NCBI GenBank assembly: GCA_036513655.1
Contig: DATBYO010000002.1
Span: forward strand, 12,246-76,245
Origin: Candidatus Dormiibacterota bacterium
GTDB lineage: Bacteria > Chloroflexota > Dormibacteria > CF-121
Direction of reading: 5' to 3'
DNA: 64,000 bases
Each line of letters opens with the position of its first letter. The stretch's first letter is position 1. The position numbers and the translations under genes were made by a program. Below the pieces are notes generated by a model, which made no database searches, was not told where the DNA came from, and saw nothing but the letters and a program-made list of their open reading frames with translations. Positions 45,109-54,818 of the stretch are shown piece by piece.

Positions 45109-46358
45109 TGGCCAGTCCGACCACGATCGACCTCGACCTGCAGTCCGTTCGCCGGCAATTCCCCTCGCTCGCCCTCAAGGTCGAGGGACAGGCGGTCGTC
45201 TATCTCGACAATCCCGCCGGGACGCAGGTGCCGCAGCGGGTCGTCGACCGCGCAGCCAGTTACTGGCGGACGATGAATGCAAATCAGGGCGGCACCTTTG
45301 CAACCAGCCAGCGATCCGACGCGCTCATTGCCGAGGTGCGTCAAGCGGTGGCGACCTTCCTCAATGCCGCTTCCCCGGACGAGATCGTCTTCGGCCCCAA
45401 CATGACGACCATCACCTTCGCCCTCAGCCGCGCGATCGGGCGCGAGCTGCGACCGGGCGATGAGATCGTCGTGACCCGGCTCGATCACGACGCCAACGTC
45501 GCACCCTGGCTGTCGCTGCAGGAGCGCGGCGTGACGGTGCGGTTCGTCGACATCCGGGTGCCCGAGTGCACGCTCGACATGAGCGACCTTCAGCGTCAGC
45601 TGAGCGCGCGGACCCGGCTGGTCGCGGTCACGCACGCGTCGAACGCCGTGGGAACCATCCCGGACCTGGCCGCGGTGTCCCGTGCGGCGCACGCCGCCGG
45701 GGCCTGGCTCTGGGTCGACGCCGTGCACTATGGGCCGCACGGCCCGATCGACGTCCGTGCCATCGACTGCGACTTCCTGGTGTGTTCGAGCTACAAGTTC
45801 TACGGGCCGCACCAGGGGATCCTCTATGGGCGCCGCGACCTCCTGGAGCGGCTCCGTCCCTACAAGGTCCGACCGGCGAGCGACGACGTGCCGACCCGCT
45901 GGGAGACTGGCACGCAGAACCACGAGTGTCTCGCGGGCGTGCTCGGTGCGCTCGAATACCTGGCCGACCTCGGTGGTGCCGACCACGTGGTCCGGCCGGC
46001 ATTGGAGGCCGCCATGGACCGCATTCGCGCCCACGAACGGGCGCTGGCGGCGCGGCTGATCGGCGGCCTGCTGCAGATTCCGGGTGTCAAGCTCTACGGC
46101 ATCACCACGCCGGAAGAGCTCGACCGCCGGGTGCCGACCGTGTCTCTGACATGGCCGCCGCATCGACCGGAAGCCCTCGCCCGCTGGCTCGCGAGCCACC
46201 AGGTCTTTACCACCAATGGCGATCACTACGCGACCGAGCTGATGAGGAAGCTGGCCCTCGTCGACGCGGGCGGCACGTTACGGATCGGGATCGCCCACTA
46301 CAACACCGCCAGCGAAGTCGACCTCGTGCTCGAGCTGCTCGCGGGCTACCGGCCCTAG
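45108..46358 (+). CDS. Class V aminotransferase / cysteine desulfurase-like PLP enzyme (TIGR01976-type)
   Basis: PLP-lysine region CSSYKFYGPHQG and an N-terminal LDNPAGTQVP. Confidence 0.75.
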   Translation: MASPTTIDLDLQSVRRQFPSLALKVEGQAVVYLDNPAGTQVPQRVVDRAASYWRTMNANQGGTFATSQRSDALIAEVRQAVATFLNAASPDEIVFGPNMTTITFALSRAIGRELRPGDEIVVTRLDHDANVAPWLSLQERGVTVRFVDIRVPECTLDMSDLQRQLSARTRLVAVTHASNAVGTIPDLAAVSRAAHAAGAWLWVDAVHYGPHGPIDVRAIDCDFLVCSSYKFYGPHQGILYGRRDLLERLRPYKVRPASDDVPTRWETGTQNHECLAGVLGALEYLADLGGADHVVRPALEAAMDRIRAHERALAARLIGGLLQIPGVKLYGITTPEELDRRVPTVSLTWPPHRPEALARWLASHQVFTTNGDHYATELMRKLALVDAGGTLRIGIAHYNTASEVDLVLELLAGYRP

Positions 46359-46368
46359 CCTGCGTCGA

Positions 46369-47205
46369 TCAGACGCTGATCAGGAGCACGCCGGTCAGCG
46401 CCAGCCCGATGCCGGCCTGCTGCAGGCGGGCCATCCGCTCGTTCAGGACGATCCGGGCCAGCACGACGGTCGCCACCGGGTAGAGCGACGAGAGAATGGA
46501 AACGATGCTCAACAGGCCGATGGTGGTGGCAAACGCGAAGAAGACGTCGGCCGCCACGTCGAGCACGCCGACCGCAAACAGGGCGGGTAGATCGGGTAAT
46601 GGGACCCTGATGCGCGATCGGAACACGAGCCCGAGCACCATCAGGGCGCCCACGCTCCCAGCTCGGGTGGCGAGCACGCCCCACAGCGGATCCGGCCGGC
46701 TCGCGTAGCGGATGGCGACCAGGAACAGGCCGAACGCGAGGGCCGCGAGCAGCGCCAGGCCGACGCCGGGAACGAGCCGCCGCCCCGGCTCCGACGGTCG
46801 ACGATCGAAGGCCAGCAGGGCAATCCCGGCCAGGGTGATGAGCATGCCGCCGAACTGCAACGTGGTCGGTCGCTCGCCGAGTGACAGCCCGACCAGCAGC
46901 GGGACCACCGGGCCCGTCGCGGCGATGGTCGAGACGACGCTGACCACCCCGATGGCCATTCCGCGGTAAGCCGCCGACAGCCCGACCAGGCCGACGAGCC
47001 CCGCCACCACGCCGGCGATGATCCAGGGGCCGGGCTTGACGGGAACCCCGCGGATAACGACCAGCGCGGCGATCAGGAGGAGGGTCGGCGGCTGGGAGAC
47101 GAACAGCACCGCGAGCGCGCCCAGGCGCCTCGTCTTGAATCCCCCGACGAAGTCGCCGACGCCCCAGGAGAGGCTGGCGGCAAGGGCCAGCAGAACCGCG
47201 GTCAG
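46369..47205 (-). CDS. EamA/DMT family transporter
   Basis: Two EamA repeats over 10 TM segments. The start codon is uncertain (no ATG/GTG near the upstream stop); the alternative-frame 334-aa ORF is junk. Confidence 0.65.
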   Translation of the reverse strand: MTAVLLALAASLSWGVGDFVGGFKTRRLGALAVLFVSQPPTLLLIAALVVIRGVPVKPGPWIIAGVVAGLVGLVGLSAAYRGMAIGVVSVVSTIAATGPVVPLLVGLSLGERPTTLQFGGMLITLAGIALLAFDRRPSEPGRRLVPGVGLALLAALAFGLFLVAIRYASRPDPLWGVLATRAGSVGALMVLGLVFRSRIRVPLPDLPALFAVGVLDVAADVFFAFATTIGLLSIVSILSSLYPVATVVLARIVLNERMARLQQAGIGLALTGVLLISV

Positions 47206-48305
47206 TGAGCCACCCGACGGACCGATGTCCGGGCGAGGAGGTCTCCCAGGCGCTGGCGCCGGCCGTTGCGCAGCACGAGAACGGCATCGATCGGCCAGAG
47301 GAGGAGCAGGACGCCGACCAGGTTGCGCACGGCCGCCCGCCACCAGCCGGGGACGCCACCGTTCGGTCCGTAGACCGAGACGCCCATCAAGGTCTTGCCG
47401 ATGGTCTGGCCGGTTCGCGCTTCAGACGGCACCCGATAGAGCAGGGCCACCGTGGCCAGCAGCACGAGCCCTTCCGGGTCGAGCACGATCTCGGTTTTGT
47501 CGATGCCCGAAACCGCTGTCAGGATCAGGATCGTTACGCCAAAGACGATGGCGAGGTCGATCAGGCCGGCCCAGAGCCGCCGGACGATGGGGTACTGTCG
47601 CCAGCTGGTTTCGTTCCGCCCGCGCCAGAAGAGGGCGGCTTCGACCGAATCCGCCATGTCACGACGCACGCCCAGCACGATCGGCTCGAGGACACTGAGA
47701 GCCCCACGACGTGCGAGCCAGCGCACCGACAGGACCACCGCCAGCGCCGCCAGGGTCGTGACTGCGATCACGAAGAAGCGATGCTCGGCCCGGTGGAACA
47801 GCCGCACCGCCGGCTGCCCGACGAGCGCCCCCAGCCCGACGAATAACGCGATGTACACCACGACCGACGGGATGAGACCTGCAGCAAACGTCAGGCGGGG
47901 CATTTTGCTGACGCCCGCGACCTGGGTGGTGTTGATGCGGAGTCCCGGGATGAGCCGGCCGATGAACACCGCCGGCGCCCCGCCCCGTTGGAGCAGGTGG
48001 GTGGCGCGCTCCAGTGCGGGCCGAAAACCCAGGGCCTCCGCCACTTTCATCAGGGCCGGCCGACCCACCGCGGCGAACACCTCACGGCCGAGCATGGCGC
48101 CCAGGATGGTGGCCGCCAGCAGCGCCGCCACCATGGGGATGGGATCCACGGTGTCGCTGGCGATGGCGATGCCGGCGATCATCAGCAGCAGATCGCCGGG
48201 CGCGAACGGAACCGGGATCCCGCTCTCCTCGATGAAAACGAGCCCCGCGATGACGGCGATCAGCAGGTCACCGCTCAAGCTGCCGATGGAGGTGATGGGG
48301 TTCAT
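47202..48305 (-). CDS. DedA (SNARE-associated) - RDD domain fusion membrane protein
   Basis: N-terminal DedA motifs (GIPVPFAPGDLLLMIAG and VFIGRLIPGLR). The C-terminal RDD domain (RRLWAGLIDLAIVFGVT ... RRQRLGDLLARTSV) carries conserved R, D, D residues. Confidence 0.7.
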   Translation of the reverse strand: MNPITSIGSLSGDLLIAVIAGLVFIEESGIPVPFAPGDLLLMIAGIAIASDTVDPIPMVAALLAATILGAMLGREVFAAVGRPALMKVAEALGFRPALERATHLLQRGGAPAVFIGRLIPGLRINTTQVAGVSKMPRLTFAAGLIPSVVVYIALFVGLGALVGQPAVRLFHRAEHRFFVIAVTTLAALAVVLSVRWLARRGALSVLEPIVLGVRRDMADSVEAALFWRGRNETSWRQYPIVRRLWAGLIDLAIVFGVTILILTAVSGIDKTEIVLDPEGLVLLATVALLYRVPSEARTGQTIGKTLMGVSVYGPNGGVPGWWRAAVRNLVGVLLLLWPIDAVLVLRNGRRQRLGDLLARTSVRRVAH

Positions 48306-48349
48306 GGCGCGGATTCCACTTACGTTTTACTTTGTGGCAGGCGGTTGGG

Positions 48350-49936
48350 CTAAGCGATCAATTCGCGGATCAAGGGGATCGGCAGAGCTCCGCAGCCAAG
48401 AAAGGCATCGTGGAAACGTTTGAGCGTGTAGCCGGGGCGGCGCTGCATGTCACCCCGGAGCTCGAGAATCAGGAGCTTGCCCAGCGTGTAGTTGAGGTAC
48501 ATCGGGTCCCAGGCACCGCGGGTTGCCTCACGGGTGGCGGGTAGCTCGGTCATGAACCCGACGGATTGGAAGAGGCGGATGGCGTCCGGCATCGTCATCC
48601 CCTGGCAGTGCAGGCCGAGGGCGACGAGGAACCGGCAATCGCGGAGCAGCGCCTCCAGGCGCTGCCCCAGCAGCTGCTTGGGATCCGTGGAATAGCCGAT
48701 CTCCAGCATCATCGCTTCGACGTAGTGCGCGAAGCCTTCGCCGGTGCTGTAGGTCCAGAAGACGCGTCGCGTCAGGGATGCCGCGTGCCGCTCGTACAGG
48801 CCCTGGACGTAGTGACCCGGATACGCCTCGTGGATCGACGCGCCTTCCAGCGTCGCGTAATTGAGGTAGCGCAACCATTCCTCGCTTTTGGCCTCACCCC
48901 AGTCGGCGCCGGGCACCGTCACCCAGTAGTAGCTGTCGGTGGCCACGGTTTCGAGCGGTCCAGCGTTGTCCATGGCGGCGCTGACGTAGGCGGCATAGGA
49001 CGGCGTCGGCTGCACCAGGCAGCGGCCGTCGCTGGGGAGGGACACCACGTCGCGCTCTACGATGAAGGCTCGAAGACGGTCGAGGATCGCCGTGACGTCG
49101 CCGATGATGGATGTCGCCGTCGGATGGTGATCTTCCAACCGGGCGACCGCCGCGGGCACACCTTCGCCTGGGGCAATCTGTTCCGCCGCGGCCTCGGCGG
49201 CGGCTCGGTTCCGGTCGACATCGGCGCGCACCATGCGCTCGAGCGCCGCGACATCGAGCTGGACCAGCTCGCGCAAGCCCAGCAGGCGCAGGAATTTGGC
49301 CTCGCCGAGGGCGTAAGCCTCGTTCGCGGTGGCGCGCTTCGCTTTCAGGAACGAGGCAAAATCCCTGGTCTTTAGAGCCGCTTGGTCGAGGGCGTTGCGC
49401 GTCTGCGCGTCGTCGCGCGCGGCGGCCCGCACCTCGCCATCGAGGTACTCGATCTGTCCCTCGACCGCCTGGATGGCGACCTCGAGGTTTGGCCTGGGAA
49501 GCGCCGCCTCCAGGTTGTCACGGGCGGCCTCCAGGAATCCGCCATACCCGAGGAGATGGCGGCGCAGGGCGGCCAGCCGGTCGCCCAGCGGGGCATACGG
49601 TCGCTTCAAATAGAAGCTGACGTCCAACTCGCTCGAGCCGGCGTAAAACATCGGCTCAAAAAACGGGAGTCGCAGCTCGGTGAGCTCGAAGCGGGCCGCT
49701 TGCAGCTGGGCGGCCAGCGCCCGGCGATCGACCGCCTGGTCCGGAGTGAGTCCCGAGCCCGCCTCGATGGTGGAGAGGTGCCGATCGATCTCGGCGACGC
49801 GCGCGGTGATCGCCGTGCTGGAGTGGTCGCCAACCACTCCGTCGAAACGGTGATCGCCGACGGATCGGGCGTGGGTGGGTGAAAACCGGAAAAAGCCGTC
49901 GATCACCTGCCGCTCGGTCGTCGCCCAATCGCCCAC
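48350..49936 (-). CDS. DUF885 family protein (putative metallopeptidase-like, HEAYPGH motif)
   Basis: 528 aa with the IHEAYPGHYVQ motif characteristic of DUF885. Confidence 0.7.
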   Translation of the reverse strand: MGDWATTERQVIDGFFRFSPTHARSVGDHRFDGVVGDHSSTAITARVAEIDRHLSTIEAGSGLTPDQAVDRRALAAQLQAARFELTELRLPFFEPMFYAGSSELDVSFYLKRPYAPLGDRLAALRRHLLGYGGFLEAARDNLEAALPRPNLEVAIQAVEGQIEYLDGEVRAAARDDAQTRNALDQAALKTRDFASFLKAKRATANEAYALGEAKFLRLLGLRELVQLDVAALERMVRADVDRNRAAAEAAAEQIAPGEGVPAAVARLEDHHPTATSIIGDVTAILDRLRAFIVERDVVSLPSDGRCLVQPTPSYAAYVSAAMDNAGPLETVATDSYYWVTVPGADWGEAKSEEWLRYLNYATLEGASIHEAYPGHYVQGLYERHAASLTRRVFWTYSTGEGFAHYVEAMMLEIGYSTDPKQLLGQRLEALLRDCRFLVALGLHCQGMTMPDAIRLFQSVGFMTELPATREATRGAWDPMYLNYTLGKLLILELRGDMQRRPGYTLKRFHDAFLGCGALPIPLIRELIA

Positions 49937-50018
49937 GGCCCTAGAGGCTAGCAGGTGAATACCCTGGAACCGTCACAGGGGTCGTAAGGGGGCGCTGTTA
50001 CGTTGGCGTCACCTCCTC

Positions 50019-51560
50019 ATGATCCAGCCGTCATCGCCGCGCAACTCCCTGTCACAAGTTCGCCGGTTGGTGGCCGGTCTCTCCGCCGGCCTGGCGCTGA
50101 CGGTCCTCCCGGGTGTTTCGCCCTGGGCAGGAGCCAACGGTGCGCACCTCGATGGCCAGGTCCTGAGGGCCATGTCGCAGGGGGAGCGGGTTCGGGTCAT
50201 CATGATCGCCCGCGGTGACCTAAACCTGCTCGACGCTGACCTGCGGCGGACCGGTATCACGCAGACGGCGACGGTGCCAGTCGGCCACGGCATCGCCACC
50301 GAACTGACGCCCGCGCTGGTCCAGCACTTCAGCCATGACCCCAACGTCGTGCGCATCATCTATGACGCCCCCGTGAGGCTTTCGGAATCCCCGTTCGATC
50401 CCGCCGGGATGGCGACCGTGTACGCGAGCGTCGTCGGCGCCAGCGGGGACCGATCGGACGATCACCGGCGCACCGGGCGCGGTACCGGCATCGGCATCGC
50501 GGTCATCGATAGCGGGATCGCGCCTCACGCCGACGTCAACCCTCGGGTCATCGCGAGTGTCAACTTCAACCCCACTGTGACCGGCTCCGGCGACGCGTTC
50601 GGTCACGGGACCGCGGTAGCCGGCATCATTGCCGGCGACGGCACGGCCGGTGGCGGCCGGTACATGGGCATCGCGCCCCAGGCCAACCTGATCAACCTCC
50701 GGGTCAATGACGGCACTGGCGCGGCACCGACCTCGGCCATCCTCAATGCGATCCTCTGGGCCGTCGCCAACCAGGATCGCTACAACATCCGGGTCATCAA
50801 CCTCTCCCTGCTCGCGTCGGTCGCGGAGAGCTACCGGACGAGCCCGATCGATGCCGCGGTCGAGTACGCATGGCTGCATGGCATCGTCGTCGTGGTGGCG
50901 GCGGGCAACCTCGGTCCACAGAGTTCGCTCTACGCGCCGGCGAATGATCCGTACGTCATCACCGTCGGCGCAACCGACGATCACGGCACCGTCGCGGTCG
51001 CCGACGATACGCTCGCCCGGTTCTCCAGCTACGGCATCACCCAGGACGGCTACACCAAGCCCGACCTGGTCGCGCCCGGCGTGCACATCGTGACGGCGCT
51101 GGCGCCGGGCAGTAGCTTCGCCCTCAACCATCCCGACCACCTGGTCGGCAGCCAGTACATCGAGCTCAGCGGGACATCTGTCGCGAGCCCGATCATCGCC
51201 GGCATCGCGGCCCTCTACCTGCAGCGAAACGCCGAGGTCCGGCCCGGCCAGTTGAAGGCCAGCCTTCGTGCCACGGCGCAGGCGCTCCCATTCGTGGGCA
51301 GCGGCTCGGGATATCCGGACGCAGCCCGGGCGCTGGCGCAGGCGCGCCCGGCGGGCAACGCGGATCTCGGCCTTCAACCGAACAACTACCTGAAACTCAT
51401 GTACCGGCAGGCCAAAAAATTGGGAAGCCTGACGCAGGTCTCGTGGGACAGCGTCTCGTGGGACAGCGTGTCCTGGGACAGCGTCTCGTGGGATAGCGTC
51501 TCGTGGGACAGCGTCTCCTGGGACAGCGTCTCCTGGGACGCGGTGAGCTGGAGCAACTGA
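50019..51560 (+). CDS. S8 family subtilisin-like serine peptidase with I9 propeptide and C-terminal (SWDSV)x7 repeat
   Basis: Catalytic triad motifs VIDSGI (Asp), HGTAVAGII (His) and GTSVASPIIAG (Ser), plus a signal peptide. Confidence 0.85.
   Translation: MIQPSSPRNSLSQVRRLVAGLSAGLALTVLPGVSPWAGANGAHLDGQVLRAMSQGERVRVIMIARGDLNLLDADLRRTGITQTATVPVGHGIATELTPALVQHFSHDPNVVRIIYDAPVRLSESPFDPAGMATVYASVVGASGDRSDDHRRTGRGTGIGIAVIDSGIAPHADVNPRVIASVNFNPTVTGSGDAFGHGTAVAGIIAGDGTAGGGRYMGIAPQANLINLRVNDGTGAAPTSAILNAILWAVANQDRYNIRVINLSLLASVAESYRTSPIDAAVEYAWLHGIVVVVAAGNLGPQSSLYAPANDPYVITVGATDDHGTVAVADDTLARFSSYGITQDGYTKPDLVAPGVHIVTALAPGSSFALNHPDHLVGSQYIELSGTSVASPIIAGIAALYLQRNAEVRPGQLKASLRATAQALPFVGSGSGYPDAARALAQARPAGNADLGLQPNNYLKLMYRQAKKLGSLTQVSWDSVSWDSVSWDSVSWDSVSWDSVSWDSVSWDAVSWSN
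51441..51545 (+). repeat. 15-bp tandem repeat x7 (TCGTGGGACAGCGTC) encoding SWDSV pentapeptide repeats
   Basis: Seven head-to-tail copies with 1-3 substitutions at the 3' end of the S8 peptidase gene. Confidence 0.9.
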
Positions 51561-51562
51561 TC

Positions 51563-52276
51563 ATGAACGGGGGGCGACTCTCGACCGGCGCCCGCGGCTA
51601 CGTCGCCGCGGTGACCCTCGCGGCCGTGCTGACCACCGGTGTGTTGTGGCAGGCGGAGGGTGCGGCGATCAGCCTCGTTTCGGTCCTGCTGATCACCGGC
51701 CTCGGCATGCTGGCGCACGCCTACCCGATTCAGGGCTTCCGCCACCAGGCCTACCAGATGACGTTGCCTTTCATCGTGCTCGCGGCGGCATTGTTCAGCA
51801 CGGCCGAACTGATCGCCTTTATCGTGTTGATCCACCTCGCCGAGCAAGTTCGGCTTCGCCGGCGCCTCCATATCCAGTGGTTCAACGCCTGCAACTATCT
51901 CCTCAGCGCCGTGATCGCGGCGGCTCTGTACCATGGTGCCGGCGCCCTCCTGGCGGATGGCGCGCTGGGGCATGTCGCGGCTGCGCTGGCGGCGGCGTGC
52001 ATCTTTATCCTGATCAACCGCGTCTTGCTGACGGGTGTGCTCTGGCTGGCCCGCGGCCTTTCCCCGGTCGCCTCCGGCCTCTTCCGGCCGGAGCTGCTCG
52101 CCGCCGATCTCGTCATCGCCTGGACGGCCGGCCCGATGCTCGTCCTGGCGCTCCTCGTGGGGCCGTGGATGATCCTGGTCACCGCCTGCCCGTTAGTGCT
52201 GGGCCGTCCGGCGCTCACGACGCTGCTGGCCCGGCAGGACGAGCCCGCCCACCAGATTCGAAGGGAGGCGGCCTGA
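51563..52276 (+). CDS. Stand-alone polytopic membrane sensor-like domain protein (paralog of the GGDEF N-terminal domain)
   Basis: ATG 3 nt after the S8 stop. The 237-aa multi-TM protein is homologous along its length to residues 1-230 of the downstream GGDEF protein (shared ...HQ.Y..T..F...AAA.L...Y..L..L.AHL.E..R.R..W.I..FN..N.L pattern). Confidence 0.6.
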   Translation: MNGGRLSTGARGYVAAVTLAAVLTTGVLWQAEGAAISLVSVLLITGLGMLAHAYPIQGFRHQAYQMTLPFIVLAAALFSTAELIAFIVLIHLAEQVRLRRRLHIQWFNACNYLLSAVIAAALYHGAGALLADGALGHVAAALAAACIFILINRVLLTGVLWLARGLSPVASGLFRPELLAADLVIAWTAGPMLVLALLVGPWMILVTACPLVLGRPALTTLLARQDEPAHQIRREAA

Positions 52277-52279
52277 GGA

Positions 52280-53515
52280 ATGCCGATGGGTGATCTGCCG
52301 CGTTCGGCACGCCGCTTCGTCGTCAGCATCCTGGTCGTCGCGGTCACCACGGCCATCGTTAGCGTCGCGATCGCGCCGCCTCGCCTGGAGCAGGCGCCGG
52401 TGGCCTTGATGCTGCTGGTGTGCGCCATCGTTGCCCAGCAGTTCAAGGTGAAGAGCCCGAAGCACCAGTCCTACTACACGACGACCATCTTTTTCTTTGC
52501 TGCGGCGGTGCTGCTGCGCCCCGCCTATGTAGTTCTGATCGTCCTGCTCGCCCACCTCGTCGAGCTCCTCCGCGTCCGCTACCGCTGGTACATCCAGGCG
52601 TTCAACGTCGCGAACTTCCTGATATGCGCGGTGGTCGCTGGAGCGATCTTCAGCTTGGGTCAGTCGCGTCATGACGCGGGAGGCGGCCGGGCGGCGCTCT
52701 ATGCCGCGCTTGCCGGCCTGACGTTCGTTGCCCTGAACCACCTCCTGACCGCGCTCGTGATCATGTGGGCACGAGGCGTTCCGATCTCGCGCGCGGGCAC
52801 CATGGAGTGGGAGAACCTGGGAACGGACCTCGCCCTGATGTCGGTCGGTGCACTCGGTTCGTTGCTGTGGCTCACGAACCCATGGCTGGCGCCCCTCTGT
52901 CTCGGGCCGCTGTTTCTGATTTACCGGTCGCTGCTCGTCGCAAACCTGCAGGAAGAGGCGCGGACCGATCCCAAGACCGAGCTGGCCAACATGAAGCACT
53001 GGAACCAGTTGGCGCAGGCGGAGATCGAGCGCGCCCGTCGCTTCCGCCGTCCGCTCAGCGTGGTCCTGGCCGACTTCGACCTGCTGCGTGACGTCAACAA
53101 CCGGCATGGCCACCTGATGGGGGACGAGATGATTCGGCGGGTAGCCGACGCCATTCGAGCAGCGGTGCGTGAGTACGACGTGCCCGCCCGTTTCGGTGGC
53201 GACGAGTTCGTCGTCCTTATGCCGGAGACCACCCTCCCGGAAGCGATGACCGTCGCTGAGCGGATCCGACAAGGGGTCGAGTCGATCGTGTTAAAGGGGG
53301 CGGCGGGCTCGAGTCTTGCGGCCAGCGTCAGTGTTGGGGTCGCGCTCTTCCCCGGCCATGGTCGAACGACCACGGATCTGCTGGCCGCCGCCGACCGCGC
53401 CGTCTACCAGGCGAAAGCGTTGGGCCGCAATCGTGTCTGCGCCTTCGCCGACGGTGATGGCGAGCGCCCGCGCCCCTTCCGCGTTCCGGCAGCGGCGAGG
53501 CTCGAGGCGAGCTAG
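52280..53515 (+). CDS. Diguanylate cyclase (GGDEF) with N-terminal polytopic membrane sensor domain
   Basis: RFGGDEFVVL active site and RxxD I-site-like RRPLS... region. 411 aa. Confidence 0.85.
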   Translation: MPMGDLPRSARRFVVSILVVAVTTAIVSVAIAPPRLEQAPVALMLLVCAIVAQQFKVKSPKHQSYYTTTIFFFAAAVLLRPAYVVLIVLLAHLVELLRVRYRWYIQAFNVANFLICAVVAGAIFSLGQSRHDAGGGRAALYAALAGLTFVALNHLLTALVIMWARGVPISRAGTMEWENLGTDLALMSVGALGSLLWLTNPWLAPLCLGPLFLIYRSLLVANLQEEARTDPKTELANMKHWNQLAQAEIERARRFRRPLSVVLADFDLLRDVNNRHGHLMGDEMIRRVADAIRAAVREYDVPARFGGDEFVVLMPETTLPEAMTVAERIRQGVESIVLKGAAGSSLAASVSVGVALFPGHGRTTTDLLAAADRAVYQAKALGRNRVCAFADGDGERPRPFRVPAAARLEAS

Positions 53516-53811
53516 GGGGACTTCTTCGGCCGGCGGCTTCCACGCCGGTCGGCATGGGCGCGCATGAAGGTGTAGGTCTTCTCAGCGGCGTAGCCCTTCT
53601 TGACCGCATCCTGGATGCGCGGCCAGAATTCTTCCTTCACCCAATTGCGCGCGACCAGCACCTCGACGCCGGCGAGGCGAAGGTCTCCCTTATCCAGGTC
53701 GGACGTCGTATCACCGCGCTGCAGGGCGCGCACCGCATCCAGGCTGAGGTTCGGAAGGAGCCATCCGTGCGGGATGAGGACCTCTGCCTGCCCGCGAGGC
53801 TCATCTGGCAC
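53512..53811 (-). CDS. Hypothetical protein (about 100 aa)
   Basis: The C-terminal 100 aa of the track ORF; upstream residues overlap the GNAT gene on the other strand. No family recognised. Confidence 0.35.
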   Translation of the reverse strand: MPDEPRGQAEVLIPHGWLLPNLSLDAVRALQRGDTTSDLDKGDLRLAGVEVLVARNWVKEEFWPRIQDAVKKGYAAEKTYTFMRAHADRRGSRRPKKSP

Positions 53812-53862
53812 GGAGCAACTATAAACGGCGGTTGCTCGCACCGCCGCTATCCTTGGTGGTCG

Positions 53863-54471
53863 ATGGCGCCCCTGGGACCGACCACACTGAGCGGGAAGCA
53901 CATCCGGCTCGAGCCGATGCGGCCGACGCACGCGGCGGCACTGCTCGAGGCGGGGCGGTCCAGTGAGATCTGGGAGTGGATGCCGGCTCGGCCGGTAACG
54001 GGGGACACGATGGCCGGCTGGCTCGAGAAGGCGATGGTGGCCGAGTCCCAGGGTCGTGAGTACCCGTTCGTCGTGGTCCGCCTCGAGGATGGCCGCATCA
54101 TCGGCAGCTCCCGCTACCTTGACGTTCAGGAAGACGACCGGACCGTCGAGATCGGCTGGACCTGGTACTCACCCGATGCCTGGGGCGGCGTGGTGAATCC
54201 CGAGGCGAAGTACTTATTGATGCGCCATGCCTTCGACGACTGGCGCGCGATCCGGGTGGCGTTGAAGACCGACGTTCGCAACCTCCACTCGCAGGCCGCC
54301 ATCAAGAAGCTCGGCGCAAGCTTCGAGGGCACGCTGCGCAACCAGCGGATCCGCCCCGACGGCAGCTATCGCGACACGGTCGTCTTTTCGGTCATCGAAC
54401 GCGAGTGGCCGGCGGTGAAGCTGGGGCTCGAGCAGCGCATCACACGGCTTACTCCACCGGCCAGAGATTGA
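53863..54471 (+). CDS. GNAT family N-acetyltransferase (RimJ/RimL-like)
   Basis: Internal ATG (MAPLGPTTLSGKHIRLEP...). Acetyltransferase motifs VEIGWTW and LRNQRI. The upstream 103 aa of the track ORF are spurious. Confidence 0.75.
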   Translation: MAPLGPTTLSGKHIRLEPMRPTHAAALLEAGRSSEIWEWMPARPVTGDTMAGWLEKAMVAESQGREYPFVVVRLEDGRIIGSSRYLDVQEDDRTVEIGWTWYSPDAWGGVVNPEAKYLLMRHAFDDWRAIRVALKTDVRNLHSQAAIKKLGASFEGTLRNQRIRPDGSYRDTVVFSVIEREWPAVKLGLEQRITRLTPPARD

Positions 54472-54772
54472 GCGTCGGGTTGCGCCGCGGCGCCTTCGAC
54501 GCGCGCCGCTTTGCGCCACCCTGCAGCACCTGGAGGCTGGGTTCGTCTTTGCGTCGCGTCCGATAGCCGCTGGCGACCCGGGCCGCCGCCGCCTGGACCG
54601 CCCCGATCATTTCCTGGGCCGCCACCTCGGGGCTGCGCAGGGACTGCTCATCGAACGGGACCAGCTCGCTGATGCAGATCTGCCGCTGTGGATCGACGAT
54701 GACGACCGCGACAAAGGGCTCTTCACTTGTAATGCTCGGATGGATCTGTGACCACGGGATGACATTGCCCAT
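54449..54772 (-). CDS. Hypothetical protein (107 aa)
   Basis: ORF only; no family recognised. Overlaps the GNAT 3' end by about 20 nt. Confidence 0.35.
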   Translation of the reverse strand: MGNVIPWSQIHPSITSEEPFVAVVIVDPQRQICISELVPFDEQSLRSPEVAAQEMIGAVQAAAARVASGYRTRRKDEPSLQVLQGGAKRRASKAPRRNPTLNLWPVE

Positions 54773-54818
54773 GGCGCGAGGTTAACCCCCGGTTTTGACA
54801 GCTGTCTGTCGCAACCGC

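Noticed and set aside
44721-46226. 501-aa minus-strand ORF antisense to the class-V aminotransferase and GerW genes
   Set aside because: No domain signal; a typical antisense long ORF in GC-rich DNA.
51441-51545. Tandem 15-bp repeats considered as a possible CRISPR or mini-satellite array
   Set aside because: No spacers, and the unit is too short. It lies in frame within the S8 peptidase and encodes SWDSV repeats.
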